Shown: positions 35,501-45,916 of the stretch, one piece after another
How positions within the stretch are numbered: the first letter of the stretch is position 1
How the letters are laid out: each line of letters begins with the position of its first letter
Origin: Hydrolagus colliei
Taxonomy: Eukaryota
Assembly (NCBI GenBank): GCA_035084275.1
Contig: CM068758.1
Coordinates: 11,470,001-11,534,000, forward strand
Direction of reading: 5' to 3'
DNA length: 64,000 nucleotides
Translations under genes and position numbers: made by a program
The notes under the pieces: model-generated
The model's database searches: none
What the model was told of the DNA's origin: nothing
The model's input: the letters and a program-made list of their open reading frames with translations, nothing else

Positions 35501-36583
35501 AGCTGAGGCCAAATTACATTCATTCGCGACGAGACTTTACATTTCCACAATGGCTTTCACATCAGGTAACATGGTGCGAGACCCCAGGCGAGGAGATGTG
35601 TCATCAGCTCAGTCAAACAGGCTGGTTTTCAGGGTGTTTTAAAGATAGACGAGCTGGGTTGAGACAGAGGGACAGAGGCAGGGAGTCCCCAAAGTTAGCC
35701 TAGGGTCTGAAGTAGTGTCCGGCGATATATCGGTTATATTGATATAATTTTTCATAGATATGCCAATATCAGAATTTAAAATATCGATATATCAAAAAAT
35801 TCGATATAAGAAAAATATTGGTATATCGTAAATATTGGTATATCATTTTTGGCGATATATCGGTATATTGCGAAGTTTTCCAACTTGTCGTCGGCACTGC
35901 AAACCTGGGCCTAGAGCACGGAATGCGCGCGCATATCGGAATGCACGTGCACCCCTCCGAATGCGCGTGCACCCCTCCGAATGCGCGCGCATGCGCAGTA
36001 TAAAAAAAACCCGGAAATATCGATATGAGCCCACCGGTGTATTGATATTGGAAAATTTCCATATCGACGGTCCCTAGTTTGAAGGCTCAGCCATTGATGG
36101 TAGTGTAAATGTAACTGGGGACATGCAGTAAGCCCGTAAGATGAGTGGAGGGGGTGAGCAGAGAAATGGTTTAACTACAATTTACAAAGAACATACAGTA
36201 CAGAAATGGGCTACTCAGCCCATTTAGTCTGTGCACCTATTCCTTTACTCCCTCGCTTAGCCTTCTATTCCCATCTCCATTTGCAATGCAAGCAGTTTGT
36301 CAACCTTTACTCTGTGGTGGTGGGGGGGAGGGGGGCACAAGGGAGGAGAGAAATGTGAACTGGAATGTGCCACGTTGAGCTGAAGGTGAGATAATGGCCC
36401 TATTCTCAGGCTGTTTCTGCGTTTATACAGGTTGACTCTCAGCTGGTGTGTATGATGAATGAGAACAGTGTGGATTACATCGCCCGATTTAATGACCTTG
36501 CCCAGGAGCTGTCGGGGGCAGAGCCTTCCAGAAAGGAGATACTTTTCGACAGCGGAACTCCGATTGGCGATCTCTCGCAGTAA
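14273..36583 (+). CDS. CRAMP1: CRAMP1 (cramped-like, SANT-domain chromatin/histone H1 regulator), whole coding span, 19 exons, about 1290 aa
   Basis: Spliced translation matches recalled vertebrate CRAMP1 ([44 protein letters not shown]-terminal [26 protein letters not shown]). Exon lengths sum to 3873 nt with consistent phases. Confidence 0.97.
16994..17193 (+). CDS. CRAMP1: CRAMP1 coding exon 2 (SANT start)
   Basis: ctacag acceptor; [24 protein letters not shown]; donor GTACAT. Confidence 0.95.
17717..17763. repeat. 14-bp tandem repeat TTAGGTGTACAGTA x3
   Basis: Direct reading. Confidence 0.85.
18802..18955 (+). CDS. CRAMP1: CRAMP1 coding exon 3 (SANT)
   Basis: [51 protein letters not shown]; AG/GTGAGT. 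Confidence 0.96.
21615..21698 (+). CDS. CRAMP1: CRAMP1 coding exon 4
   Basis: [28 protein letters not shown]; AG/GTGAGT. Confidence 0.96.
22163..22211 (+). CDS. CRAMP1: CRAMP1 coding exon 5
   Basis: [17 protein letters not shown]; AG/GTAAGT. Confidence 0.95.
22872..23233 (-). mobile_element. tRNA-derived SINE (same family) in CRAMP1 intron
   Basis: Tail, body and tRNA head all present. Confidence 0.85.
23372..23457 (+). CDS. CRAMP1: CRAMP1 coding exon 6
   Basis: [28 protein letters not shown]; AG/GTAAGT. Confidence 0.96.
24821..24944 (+). CDS. CRAMP1: CRAMP1 coding exon 7
   Basis: [42 protein letters not shown]; AG/GTAGGC. Confidence 0.95.
25741..25822 (+). CDS. CRAMP1: CRAMP1 coding exon 8
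   Basis: [27 protein letters not shown]; ends at U12-type donor GTATCCTTTT. Confidence 0.94.
25823..26290 (+). other. U12-type (minor spliceosome) GT-AG intron of CRAMP1
   Basis: 5' splice site GTATCCTTTT (25823-32), branch site TCCTTAAC (26269-76), CAG acceptor 14 nt later; reading frame preserved (EVRI|RKAL). Confidence 0.92.
26291..27610 (+). CDS. CRAMP1: CRAMP1 coding exon 9 (1320 nt)
   Basis: RKALEER...[33 protein letters not shown]...[30 protein letters not shown]...EVNPKP; donor GTGAGT. Confidence 0.95.
28153..28318 (+). CDS. CRAMP1: CRAMP1 coding exon 10
   Basis: [11 protein letters not shown]...[15 protein letters not shown]...; AG/GTGAGT. Confidence 0.88.
28853..29043 (+). CDS. 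CRAMP1: CRAMP1 coding exon 11
   Basis: GLRNVQK...[37 protein letters not shown]; AG/GTGAGT. Confidence 0.93.
29832..29906 (+). CDS. CRAMP1: CRAMP1 coding exon 12
   Basis: [25 protein letters not shown]; AG/GTAAAG. Confidence 0.92.
30556..30637 (+). CDS. CRAMP1: CRAMP1 coding exon 13
   Basis: [27 protein letters not shown]; AG/GTAACT. Confidence 0.93.
30885..31130 (+). mobile_element. 5'-truncated SINE (same family), + orientation
   Basis: Ends tatatcaaatgcaaggattattattatt. Further partial copies at about 2858, 4110, 4800, 5331, 6945, 16330, 25418, 27713, 29565, 38406, 49975, 50535, 54535 and 63235. Confidence 0.85.
31427..31528 (+). CDS. CRAMP1: CRAMP1 coding exon 14
   Basis: [34 protein letters not shown]; AG/GTAAGT. 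Confidence 0.93.
31700..32115 (+). mobile_element. L2 LINE 3' fragment
   Basis: [14 protein letters not shown] motif; 3' end cgccttgggacgtcctcccgacgtgaaaggcgctctataaatg(ttg)n. Confidence 0.8.
32371..32555 (+). CDS. CRAMP1: CRAMP1 coding exon 15
   Basis: [25 protein letters not shown]...TSTG; AG/GTGAGT. Confidence 0.88.
32570..33260 (+). mobile_element. Degenerate L2 RT-region fragment in CRAMP1 intron
   Basis: Decayed RT motifs (cccttgaccccatccctac, ctctaaggtcctggaacaagttg, gttcttctcgatctctgctgccttc). Confidence 0.65.
33338..33551 (+). CDS. CRAMP1: CRAMP1 coding exon 16
   Basis: LQNGLSSP...[24 protein letters not shown]...[15 protein letters not shown]; AG/GTAAGT. Confidence 0.9.
34097..34261 (+). 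CDS. CRAMP1: CRAMP1 coding exon 17
   Basis: [51 protein letters not shown]; AG/GTAAGT. Confidence 0.95.
34560..34757. mobile_element. Tc1/mariner (Tigger/pogo-type) MITE
   Basis: TA target-site duplication; TIRs CAGTAAAAGCCCATTTATCCG and CGGATAAACAGGCTTTTACTG. Confidence 0.85.
35114..35196. repeat. 16-bp tandem repeat (CCCTCAGCTATTCCYA x4) ending in an inverted copy
   Basis: Direct reading; the final unit pairs with TAGGAATAGCT. Confidence 0.85.
35356..35489 (+). CDS. CRAMP1: CRAMP1 coding exon 18
   Basis: [12 protein letters not shown]...[21 protein letters not shown]; AG/GTAAGA. Confidence 0.95.
35713..36076. mobile_element. hAT-type MITE
   Basis: 8-bp TSD GTCTGAAG/GTTTGAAG; 16-bp TIRs TAGTGTCCGGCGATAT and ATATCGACGGTCCCTA; subterminal CGATAT motifs; CpG-rich internal tandem repeats. 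Confidence 0.82.
36431..36583 (+). CDS. CRAMP1: CRAMP1 coding exon 19 (terminal)
   Basis: [50 protein letters not shown] then TAA at 36581-83. Confidence 0.95.
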   Translation, partial: VDSQLVCMMNENSVDYIARFNDLAQELSGAEPSRKEILFDSGTPIGDLSQ

Positions 36584-39500
36584 GGTCGTAACTGAATGAG
36601 GGGCTGTTTAAGTAAGAGTCCTGTTTCTCAGCACCTTACCAATGGAGCAGCTATCACAGGCACTGACTACTGGGCAAAAGATTTGTGAAATGACACCGAG
36701 AGGGGTTTAAAATGTGCAATACCCTGACCGAGCCTCCCAGAATTCAGTATTAGACAGACGATGAGAGTAAGCTGGCATCAGTGGCACTGCGTCAAACTAC
36801 AGTACAGAAGAAGCTGAGAAGCCTGAGGTGGGGACTGAACACTAGGCTACAATTCTCTCCTGATTGTCAACATGTCGGAGCATGCGCTTGGAATAGCCGC
36901 TGCTGGTTGTGTGAGAATATAGGGTTCTCAAAACAATCTGGAACTCTTGGGGTTTTGTATTGAGTGATCCCTGGATTGATTGTGTTTTGAAAGAGAATTG
37001 TACACTTTTTAAAAAAAAAATTGTTAACACACCCACCCTTGTACTTCAGAGTTGAACGGGAGCTGCTGGGCTGTGATACCTGGTGCTGAACTGCCGTCTG
37101 AAAGAGTAGTGACAGATAAGCAGATTGCATTCATTTAGAAAATAGCAGCACGGTTTCCAATGTTTCAGCACTTTTATCAGGCTGTGTCTGGTGTCAGGAA
37201 GCACAGAGGTGATGTTTAGTATTATAGAGAAAACAATGATAGAACGGCAATCCATAAGCAGGAGCCCTTGGTCCAGCCTTTTGTTACCCATATTCCATCT
37301 TACTCTTAACTTTTATTTCTGTTTGATATAAGGCACTGCTTTTGTTAGTCCGTCCGTTGCTGTGGTTTAGTAAAGCTAGGCCCAAGTGATCTGAGTGGAA
37401 AGTATGGCTGGGTATGTTGTGTGGCTACTAGGTTTCCGTAAGCTCTTGATTTCTATGTCTATTAAATAGGAAGATTTTCATTTTTAAAAAAAAAAAAGAA
37501 TGTGAATTCCTTTTTCTTTTTGGGTGAGGGTACAGCTTTCCCTTCTCCTTCAGTTCAGGCGTCACGTCGGAAAGTTCCAAATGTAGAGCAATAGGTTTGT
37601 CAGAATTCAAAGCTTCAGTGTACTGAGGGCAAGCAGTGTTGAATGGAACGTTGTGACAGACCATCACTCCACCTCCAGCAGATTCCAGATCTCTCCTCAC
37701 ACTGAGAGCTACAGTGTGTGTTGAGCTTAGGGAGGAAAAAACGGGCAAACAAATTTAATTCTTACAAATCTCAACCATCCAAACAGACTTGCAAATCCAT
37801 TAGGTAGACCAGCCCTGATACCTGTCCCATTAGGAATCATTGTCTCAGTGAGTGGTTCAGAGTAGTTCAATGCATTGACCAACTGCATGACCGTCTCAAC
37901 AGATTTCCTCCGACAACACTTAGCCCTGTTGGGTTTGATAGTAATCATCTTTGGACTTGCTTTAACTTTGCTTGACTCAAAGCACTTCACTGGGAATTAC
38001 TGTCAAGGGTAGTGACTATCTGTTTATTCGCAGCCAAATGTGTACACAGCAATGCTCCACAAACAGCCGTGAAGTGAATTGACAATTTTCTAGAGTTTTA
38101 TTGACCAGGAGAAAATGCCTTTCACTATTCTCAATGCAGATCAGTGACTGTGCGTGTGTGTTGCTGGCAGCTGAGTGTTCACATCAGGAATGGATTAAGC
38201 TGTTGTTTTAAATGGAAGCTTGACTTGAGGCAGAGACAACTGGTCAGATCCAGGGAGAAACTTATCTTGGCCAAAAAAGCACAAACGGCATTTATTACAC
38301 TGGGCCTATTAACTAATATTTTGGTTGAGCTAAGTGTAAGTACTGATAACTACTAGGGTTAGACCATAAATATCAAATAAAAGATTATATGGTGGCCTAG
38401 GTCTATAATAATAATCCTTGCGTTTGATACAGCGCCTTATCGGGTCTTCAACATGTCTCAAAGCGCTTCACAAACTATACTATAAAGTGGAGTGACTGTA
38501 TTTTGTGTGTGAAACGTGGTAACCAGTGGCAACCAACTGTTGTTCTGTAGCAGTTGTGGATTGAGTGACCAGATTATTTTTTATAGGCAACTTGCCCTCA
38601 TGTGGTCCTCACTAGTTATCAGCCTGAGCCTCGTGTTTACCTTGTGCCCAGCTGAACTGGCACAGTCATTGCTGTAATTAATCACCAGAGAAACCTGGGC
38701 ATCGCTAACAGTTTAAAATGACAACATTACAACAAAACTTTTTTCATCATTTTGAAACTTTTTTTTTCTGTCAATTTATTTAAATGTGAAAATAAAACCC
38801 ACTTCAAAGTTGAGACTGATTCCAACAACTTGATAAACTCTGGAATCTCTGAAATTGAGAATTTCTCACCCGAAATTCTCCCTAACGTGTTCCCTTTCCC
38901 CACAGCTAAATTGGGACGGCCACTTTTACTCTCCCATGGGGATTATTATGGTGGTTGTTATCTTGATTCAATTAGTCTACCTCATAATTGCCCAAGAAAT
39001 CATCTGCTTCAAGTGTATTGTGCTTAGATGCACTAAGAGCACTAGCCAAGTGGCAGGCAGGCAGATAGCTGTGTTTTAAGCTGTTCCCAGTGTTTGAATG
39101 GACCATGTGAGAGTTTGGAAATGATATAGTTATTTTTCTCTTGAGACGGAGGACCCTGAAGTCTGCGCTCACCTTTTCTGAGTTGTGTGAAATGTCCATT
39201 TGTCCTGTCACATGCTCGGTTTCCTCAGCTCCTTCAGCCTTTTCACAAATGTGTTTTTGTTCAGTTTGGGTTTGCAGCTTCTCCAGCAATGTGGTGACAT
39301 TAGCCTTCGCCAAGCAGTTTATAAAATGCATTTTAAGCCTATTTTAGTAGGTTTTTATGAATCATTGGCACTAATAGATATTTGCAATATCAAATATAAC
39401 CCCACACGTTATTACTACACAGGAACAAACATTCAAATTTAATCCTTTCATACTGTTTCTATGCTTGCTGTTCTTCAAGCTGTGGATGTTCCAATATGGA

Positions 39501-41650
39501 ATGGAAATAGTGTCTGGATTTCAGCCTGTAGAGCATTTCACCACCTTGATAATCTGACGGGTGATTTAAAGTTAACCGTCAGTTGTTTTTCACCTGTACA
39601 AAGGTAAGCTACGAGATCAATACTGGTTTGATTTAAATTAATTTTGAAAAACTGTGGTTAATTGTCTACTGCTTTTAAAGCATTGTTGGACGATCTATTG
39701 CGATGTCACTTCTCGTTTGGTTGTGTAGGACCTTCTGTCCGAGTTCCTGCGTATGTTTTTACACATCCATTATCCATTCTCTTAATTCTCTGCACCCAAC
39801 CAGAAAATAAAACTGTATATTATTTAGTTCCTGGTTCCCCTAAAGTACACACACAAACCATTTCTTGATGCAAGAGAACAGCTATCTTGTTTCCCTGAGC
39901 TGCAGTGAGTGAGTGAGTGACTGCTGAGTGAGTATCTGATAGCCTTTTGGGTAGATTCCCTCCAGCTTTTCCTTCTGCAGGCACTGTTCTTTCAGATTGC
40001 ATACACTGTGCACATTACAGCTCTGTTCTGTTACACAGTGTCACTGACAGATTGTATGTGTACAGACTTGTGGTTATTGGGGATGAGAGTTTATTCACAT
40101 GAGCTTTTCTGCTTTAGAACAATGAGGAGTTTTGTGGCCTCGAGGTTGTAAAACCCTTTCTAATCGAATGATTTCTTCCCCTGATTCGAATTTCTGTGAC
40201 AAGGTTGGCTGGAATTGCCAGAGTTTCAAACTCTTTGACCCTCATGCTGCACTAGTTATGGCGTGAAAGGCAAGTTGCAAGGGAACAATTTCAGGCAGAA
40301 GATCACTGCTTCCTTGGCCTCCTCGCTCAGCTACTGTCCCAACACTTGCAGTATTGATGGTTTGTTACTGGTGCTGTTGCACTCTAGCACACCATGAATG
40401 TCAATGGACAAAATAAGCTTCTCACAAATGACCAGTGTGATGGTGACTGGCTCACAGGTGCTCTGGGAGCGTTGGTATTGGGTTTGTAAACCATTCTGAG
40501 ATTGAGATGTGAGGTATGTGAAGCTAACTGAACACAAGCTGTATATTACTGTACATTGCTGTACATTGTACATTAATTTTACTGCATGGAATTACGTTTG
40601 TACAGTTTTTTTTAAAAAAAGTTCAGTCCATAGATAAATGTATTATAATGTACATTTCAGGAGTATTGCTTAGGCAATGATTGCACTTTGAACACGGCAG
40701 CAGCTGGCACCCTCTTGCTGCAGATCACTGGCCTGGGGCAGGGGGAGTGTTCACTTTCCTAACGCTTTCTAACTGAAGCTTTGAATCCTGACTTCACTTT
40801 TCAGGCAGTTTTGAAAGTACTGTGGGTGAGTGTTGTGTGAGAGAAAGCTTCCCCCATCAGGGCACCCTTTATTTTTAAATGAGCTGAATGGAAGAAATGT
40901 GATTAATTCAACATCCTTTAGTTTTTTTTAGTTTTTTATTTAGGAGTTTTTGTTCAGTGACTGGGGTCTCCTGATCCATCTGAAGGGACTGAGCCGGAGT
41001 TACTATAACTGTCCACGTGATGGAAGGAGACCAGTATATCGGTGTGTATCAGTGATCATCAGTATATTGTGGTGTCTGAGGTCCTGCAGATTCATCTCCC
41101 TTCTAATGTTAAACTCAAACTTTGTTCAGATCAGGCTTCCAAATCACAGAGTCAAATGTATAAAGATTTGATTAAACAAATGCGTAATATCCATAAAAAT
41201 ACAGGTGTTGATCGTGTTTCCCCAGGGGTGTGTTTGAACGTGTGGCTGAGGAAAGAAAGGCTTTGAAGCTGATTGACGCACTGCAGCCACAGGTTTCCCT
41301 CCAGTTTGGGAGTGGGATCAGAGTGGCTTTTTGTGCTGTAAATATTGTACAGGAACAGAAAATAACATTTTGTTGATAGATTGTTTCTGATTAAAAAGCC
41401 ATATCAGTTTGTAAAGGTTTTCAACCCTTTTTCACGTGTGAAAACTTACTATTCATAAACTGTCCTTTCTTGATCTTTGTACCAAATGTGTAAATTATTT
41501 TTGACTATTTATTCTGTATGATTAAGATTTTTTTGTGGTTATTTAATATTGCAAAGAAGATGTTGAACTTCCCCATTGGGTTCTTTGTTTAACCTGTAGA
41601 GAGCTGTTTTTTTATTCTTGCCGATAAACACATTTTAAATACAGCAATAG
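36584..41650 (+). other. CRAMP1: Probable long (about 5 kb) CRAMP1 3' UTR
   Basis: Follows the stop codon, TE-poor, with an AU/UGUA-rich distal part. AATAAA at about 38376, 38791 and 39806, and variant signals at 41390-41643. The end point is uncertain. Confidence 0.5.
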
Positions 41651-42099
41651 TGAGAGGATTCCTTGTTTCTCCTTTACCATCTTCCCAAGTAGCAAGTGCC
41701 ACTCGCAGTCTCCCAAAACATGGAAGTTGGAGCCATTTTAGGACCAAGTCATCAGATATTCCGTCTTAACTCAGTGACTGTACACGGAACCTCAGTATAC
41801 TGCAGAAAGGTGTGAGTGTAGTGGGATCCTTCTATAATTTGCTTATTGATTGAAATATGTTCAAGCCTGGTGTCATATGTCATGTTGCTAACTTGACTAT
41901 TGACTGATGACAGTCATGAAAAAATACTTAATAGATTGGAGTCTGAGAGAGTTAGATCTACCACTGAGAGCTCTTGAGGCACGAACATTACCAGCTGAGA
42001 GGTGTTCACTGTCCTCCGGGGGTAATAATGTGACCTCAAAATAGAGACAGCGCTCCAGCAAAGTACTGCTTAGTGAACAGTGACAGTATTAGTGATCGT

Positions 42100-42920
42100 C
42101 AACGTCTGAACTCCTCAATCTCCTGGGCTCACACTCACTGAACCAGCGCACAATCTAGGCGTCCAGTTTGACGTCAGCGCCTTGGGACGTCCTCCCGATA
42201 TGAAAGGCGCTCTATCAATGTAATTTTGTTGTTGAACCCCCCGCCCCGCTGTCCTTCCTCTTCTACATCTGGTCCCTGACCAGGGCCGCCGCCTTCTACC
42301 TCTGCCAAATTGCCCACCTCCGACCGTACCTTACACCAAATGCAGCCGAAACCCTAGTGCGTGCGTTTGTCACCTCCCGTCTGGATTACTCCAACACACT
42401 CCTCGCTCGTCTCCCCTGCTTCACTATCCATGCAGCTCATTCAGTTCTCTGCCACCCACATATTGACCTGGACCAAACTCCGTACCCACCAGTTCAGGCC
42501 CGGGCTCTACCGAATCCCATCACAGAACGAATAGACTTCAAGATCCTCACACTCGTATTCAAATGCACTCACTCTCTGTCACCTTTCTAAGCTCTCGGAC
42601 CTTCTCCTCACTCCCCAATACACCACCCGGCCACTCCACTGGGATCAGCTTCTTGCCCGTTCCTTGCAATCGCTGCTGCACCGTTGGAGGTCGTGCTTTT
42701 AGCCACTGCAGCCCCAAACTCTAACACTCCCCCTCAATCCCTCCGCTTTGCCCCCCTCCTTTATCAAGCCCTACTTGAAAACCTTTCTCTTCTACTGTGC
42801 CATCTTCTCCCTCCTCCTTCCCCCACACCTGGCATAGGAGTCAGACTCTGCCACTGTTAAACGCTCTGAGACACTAGCCTGCGTGGAGTGTGCTATATAA
42901 GTCCACATATTGTTGTTTTA
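42100..42920 (+). mobile_element. L2 fragments between the two 3' UTRs
   Basis: AFVTSRLDYSNTLLARLP and RIDFKILTLVFK motifs. Confidence 0.8.
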
Positions 42921-42929
42921 TAACTTCCT

Positions 42930-43180
42930 AGCTTTTGTGCCTCTATTCATGAAGCCAAGGATCCCATGTGCTTTTTTAACACCTGTAACAACTTGTCCTG
43001 CCACCTTGAAAGATTTGTGTCTGTAAACAGTCTCTGTTCCTGCAGCCCTTTAAATTTGGACCATTTGTCTTTTATTACCTCTCCTCAGTCCTTTTCTCAA
43101 AGCATCACTTCACACTCCTCTGCGTTAAATTCCACCTGCCATGGCTCTGCCCATTTCACCAGCCTGTCTATGTCACACAG
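42930..43180 (-). mobile_element. CR1-type LINE RT fragment
   Basis: tctgcgttaaattccacctgcca (minus strand WQVEFNAEEC). Other CR1 pieces at about 5020-5230, 8070-8290, 47560-47670 and 59430-59485. Confidence 0.65.
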
Positions 43181-43264
43181 TAATGAACATTACCGAACTC
43201 TACCCCCCCCCACTGCGCAGATTCAATAAATAGTAAAAAGAAACAAGTCAACTAAAGAACAAAC

Positions 43265-43270
43265 TTTATT
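43265..43270 (-). terminator. Candidate distal polyadenylation signal of WDR24 (AATAAA on - strand)
   Basis: TTTATT on the + strand, with U/GU-rich sequence downstream on the - strand. Another candidate lies at about 45036. Confidence 0.5.
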
Positions 43271-43671
43271 TCGTTACAATTCATAAAATAATGGAACCCC
43301 TTTGGTGGCCTGTGAGGATTTCCTCACTTGTGGAATGTGTGTAACTATATACAACATCCTCAACAAAAAATATCTCAAAATGAAACCACTACCAATCAAA
43401 GTAGATTATCCTGAAATCTCAGGTTCAGTTTGATTTCTGAACCCGTGTTTGCAGCTTTCCCTTTTGCGGTGCCTATTGCATTGAGAGGACAAGTGTATGA
43501 GCAACACATTTTATATCCTTTTGCTTAAACTCTGCAGCTGGCAATCCTTTTTATTGAGACATGTAACAAGATTAAGAACCACAACTGTCCCATATGGTGG
43601 GAGACCTATTAAATCGTGATCGTCTCTAATGTGTATTGCTGCTTTGTGGCACAGAGCATACTCACCATATA

Positions 43672-44392
43672 CAGTAGAAGCCCGTTTATCCGTGAGTTGA
43701 TGCACCGGCACCGTATAACCGGCTGCCAAAAAAAGCTCCCCATTCGAAAAACAGGAGCTTATCCGGAATAGCAGTGGAGCATTTGTAAATGCATAAATAA
43801 TAACATAACAACAGAATATTGTATTGGTACTTATTGTTAAAACTACTCTTTTGCGCTTCTCACCTTTGCTGGTAGATGCTGCGCTTGAAACCATGATGCT
43901 GCGGTTGAGGTTTATAGTCCAGCGATTCTTTTTAAAATGGAGCACGCCAAGTGGATGAAAAGAAACAGAGCGAGACTTTAAAGCCTTACTAGCGGCAAGC
44001 CAATAACCCTAGCCGATAACCCATTGTCGCGCAGGTGCAGTATTTCGATTTGCCGCTAGTAGAGTCTAGGGCTATCAGCTTGCAGCTAGTAAAGTCGCGT
44101 GACTTTAAAATCGCGCTGCCATTTGTTTCACCCACTTGGCGTCCTCCATTTAAAAAAGAATCGCTGGACTGTAAACCTCAATCTGTAAAGATGAGAAGCG
44201 CAAGAGAGTAGTTTTAACAATAAGTACCAATACAATATTCTGTTATTATTTAGTCTGGTGTGTACGGTGTGTGTTAAAAGAACTTTAATTTTTTTGTGGT
44301 GGGTTTTCGGCGGCGGGCGCCCGAATGTCCGGCAGGAGCTTTAACTGGCATCGGCCAGGTCCTGCGGGTGCCGGATAAACTGACTTTTACTG
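43672..44392. mobile_element. Tigger/pogo-type non-autonomous element with internal fold-back, same family as 34560-34757
   Basis: TA TSD; 21-bp TIRs matching at 18 of 21 positions; remnant KRKRVVLTI resembling a pogo/CENP-B-type transposase N-terminus. Confidence 0.85.
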
Positions 44393-45747
44393 TATACAGC
44401 GTTGGGCTCAAAATATTACGGTGGGGAGAAGAAACGGATTCTTTCCCAATTGAAGTTGTACCCAGTGCAAATATCAAATCGTTACATTGCTTTATGCCGA
44501 CAAGAATGTTGAACACTTTAAGGTACATTGGTTGACTGCCAGCAGATGTTAACTGCCATGAAAGTCGGTGAATTGGCACCAACTGTGCGCTGTCTTGCCT
44601 TTAGTCTGGGTTCATAAAGGAAATCCCCAAACTTTCAAAACAGCCAGGGCCAGTTTCAAAAGCAAATTCACATCACAGAATTCACTCCCTGGTCAACAAA
44701 CCAGTTTGTTGGGTTCCCCTTTGGGTTTGGGTTCCCCTTTGTCTCCCCCGCAGATATTAAACGATGATATTTCCCCCTGAAATGGATATGACCGACTGAA
44801 GTGGATGTGGACAAGACACAGAGTATCTAAACACAGTGAATCATCTCAATGGGGCATGAACTTGCAATCGGCTGATTGATTGCACTGTACAGTATACCCT
44901 CCCTCCCCCGCCCCCCCTCCCCCCCGCCCCACTCCCCAAGGATCTAAATGGATGCCAGTCAACAGGAACAGACAATCTCCCAACAACTTCATCTACTCAA
45001 TATTTACTTTGCTGTAGATTCAAACCCGTCACTGTTTTATTCATAATTCCCCTTAACTACTGTACATATACACTTACTGTATACAAAACAATATTAAAGG
45101 CAACCTTAAAGGTGTGTTGCACTCGTACGCTTTCCACAAGTCTGTACATAACTTCCAACTGTTGAGATTGAAGGTTAGTCCTGGGCTGAAGGTTAGTGTC
45201 TCTTGTCTGCACAAGATGGAAGCGAATGGACAGAGAGCGAAACACCGACACTGCAATGGTGTCAAGTCACTTCAATAAAATTCTCACCTGGAATCGTGGG
45301 GGGGGGGGGCAAGTTTCATCTGTAAACATCTGGTCACTGGATGAATGAAGCATTCATCACTGCGAAGGATATTTACTCAATACGCAAGTCATTGTGTTAG
45401 TGAGGACCATCAGACACATCTGTAGTGAAATCCCTTTTGGTAACTGATCCAAATAGACGGAAGCCACTGAGACAGAGAGAGAAAATGGGGTTTGTATCCA
45501 AACACCATTCCAACACTTCTTAAAACAGTTTGCAAACAAATGACAAAAGCAACAACAGTTCTTCCATTGAATTTAGCTAAAAGAATTTCAGGGTAAACTA
45601 TTCAACCTTTAATGATTATTCATTCCTTGTTGGGGCTGCAGCTTGTCGCTGATGTAGACGGCGTGTTGGGAAATACAGCAGAGACTCGCTCCCAGTGGGA
45701 GTGGAGTTGTGGCCGCGCTGGGCAGACACTGCCAGGCGCTGGCACTT

Positions 45748-45916
45748 TCAGGTGTATTCACACAGGTGGCCGCAGCCAGCCGGGCAATGGGATCTAGTCC
45801 TCAGCCAGTTCATGATGTGCTGCAGGTGTCCCCCGTGGCTGCAGCCCTGGCACCAAACAAACAGGCCTTTCACCACCTGATGGCAAACGGCACACATGCT
45901 GGCACACTGGCGGCAC
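45748..45916 (-). CDS. WDR24: WDR24 coding exon 9 (RING, terminal)
   Basis: [55 protein letters not shown] then TGA. Confidence 0.96.

Noticed and set aside
43511-43945. 144 aa ORF as a functional or domesticated transposase
   Set aside because: Only about 10 residues resemble a pogo N-terminus; there is no HTH continuation or DDE domain.
45841-45880. Apparent frameshift in the last WDR24 exon
   Set aside because: Re-reading gives GTG GTG AAA GGC CTG (VVKGL); the frame is intact.
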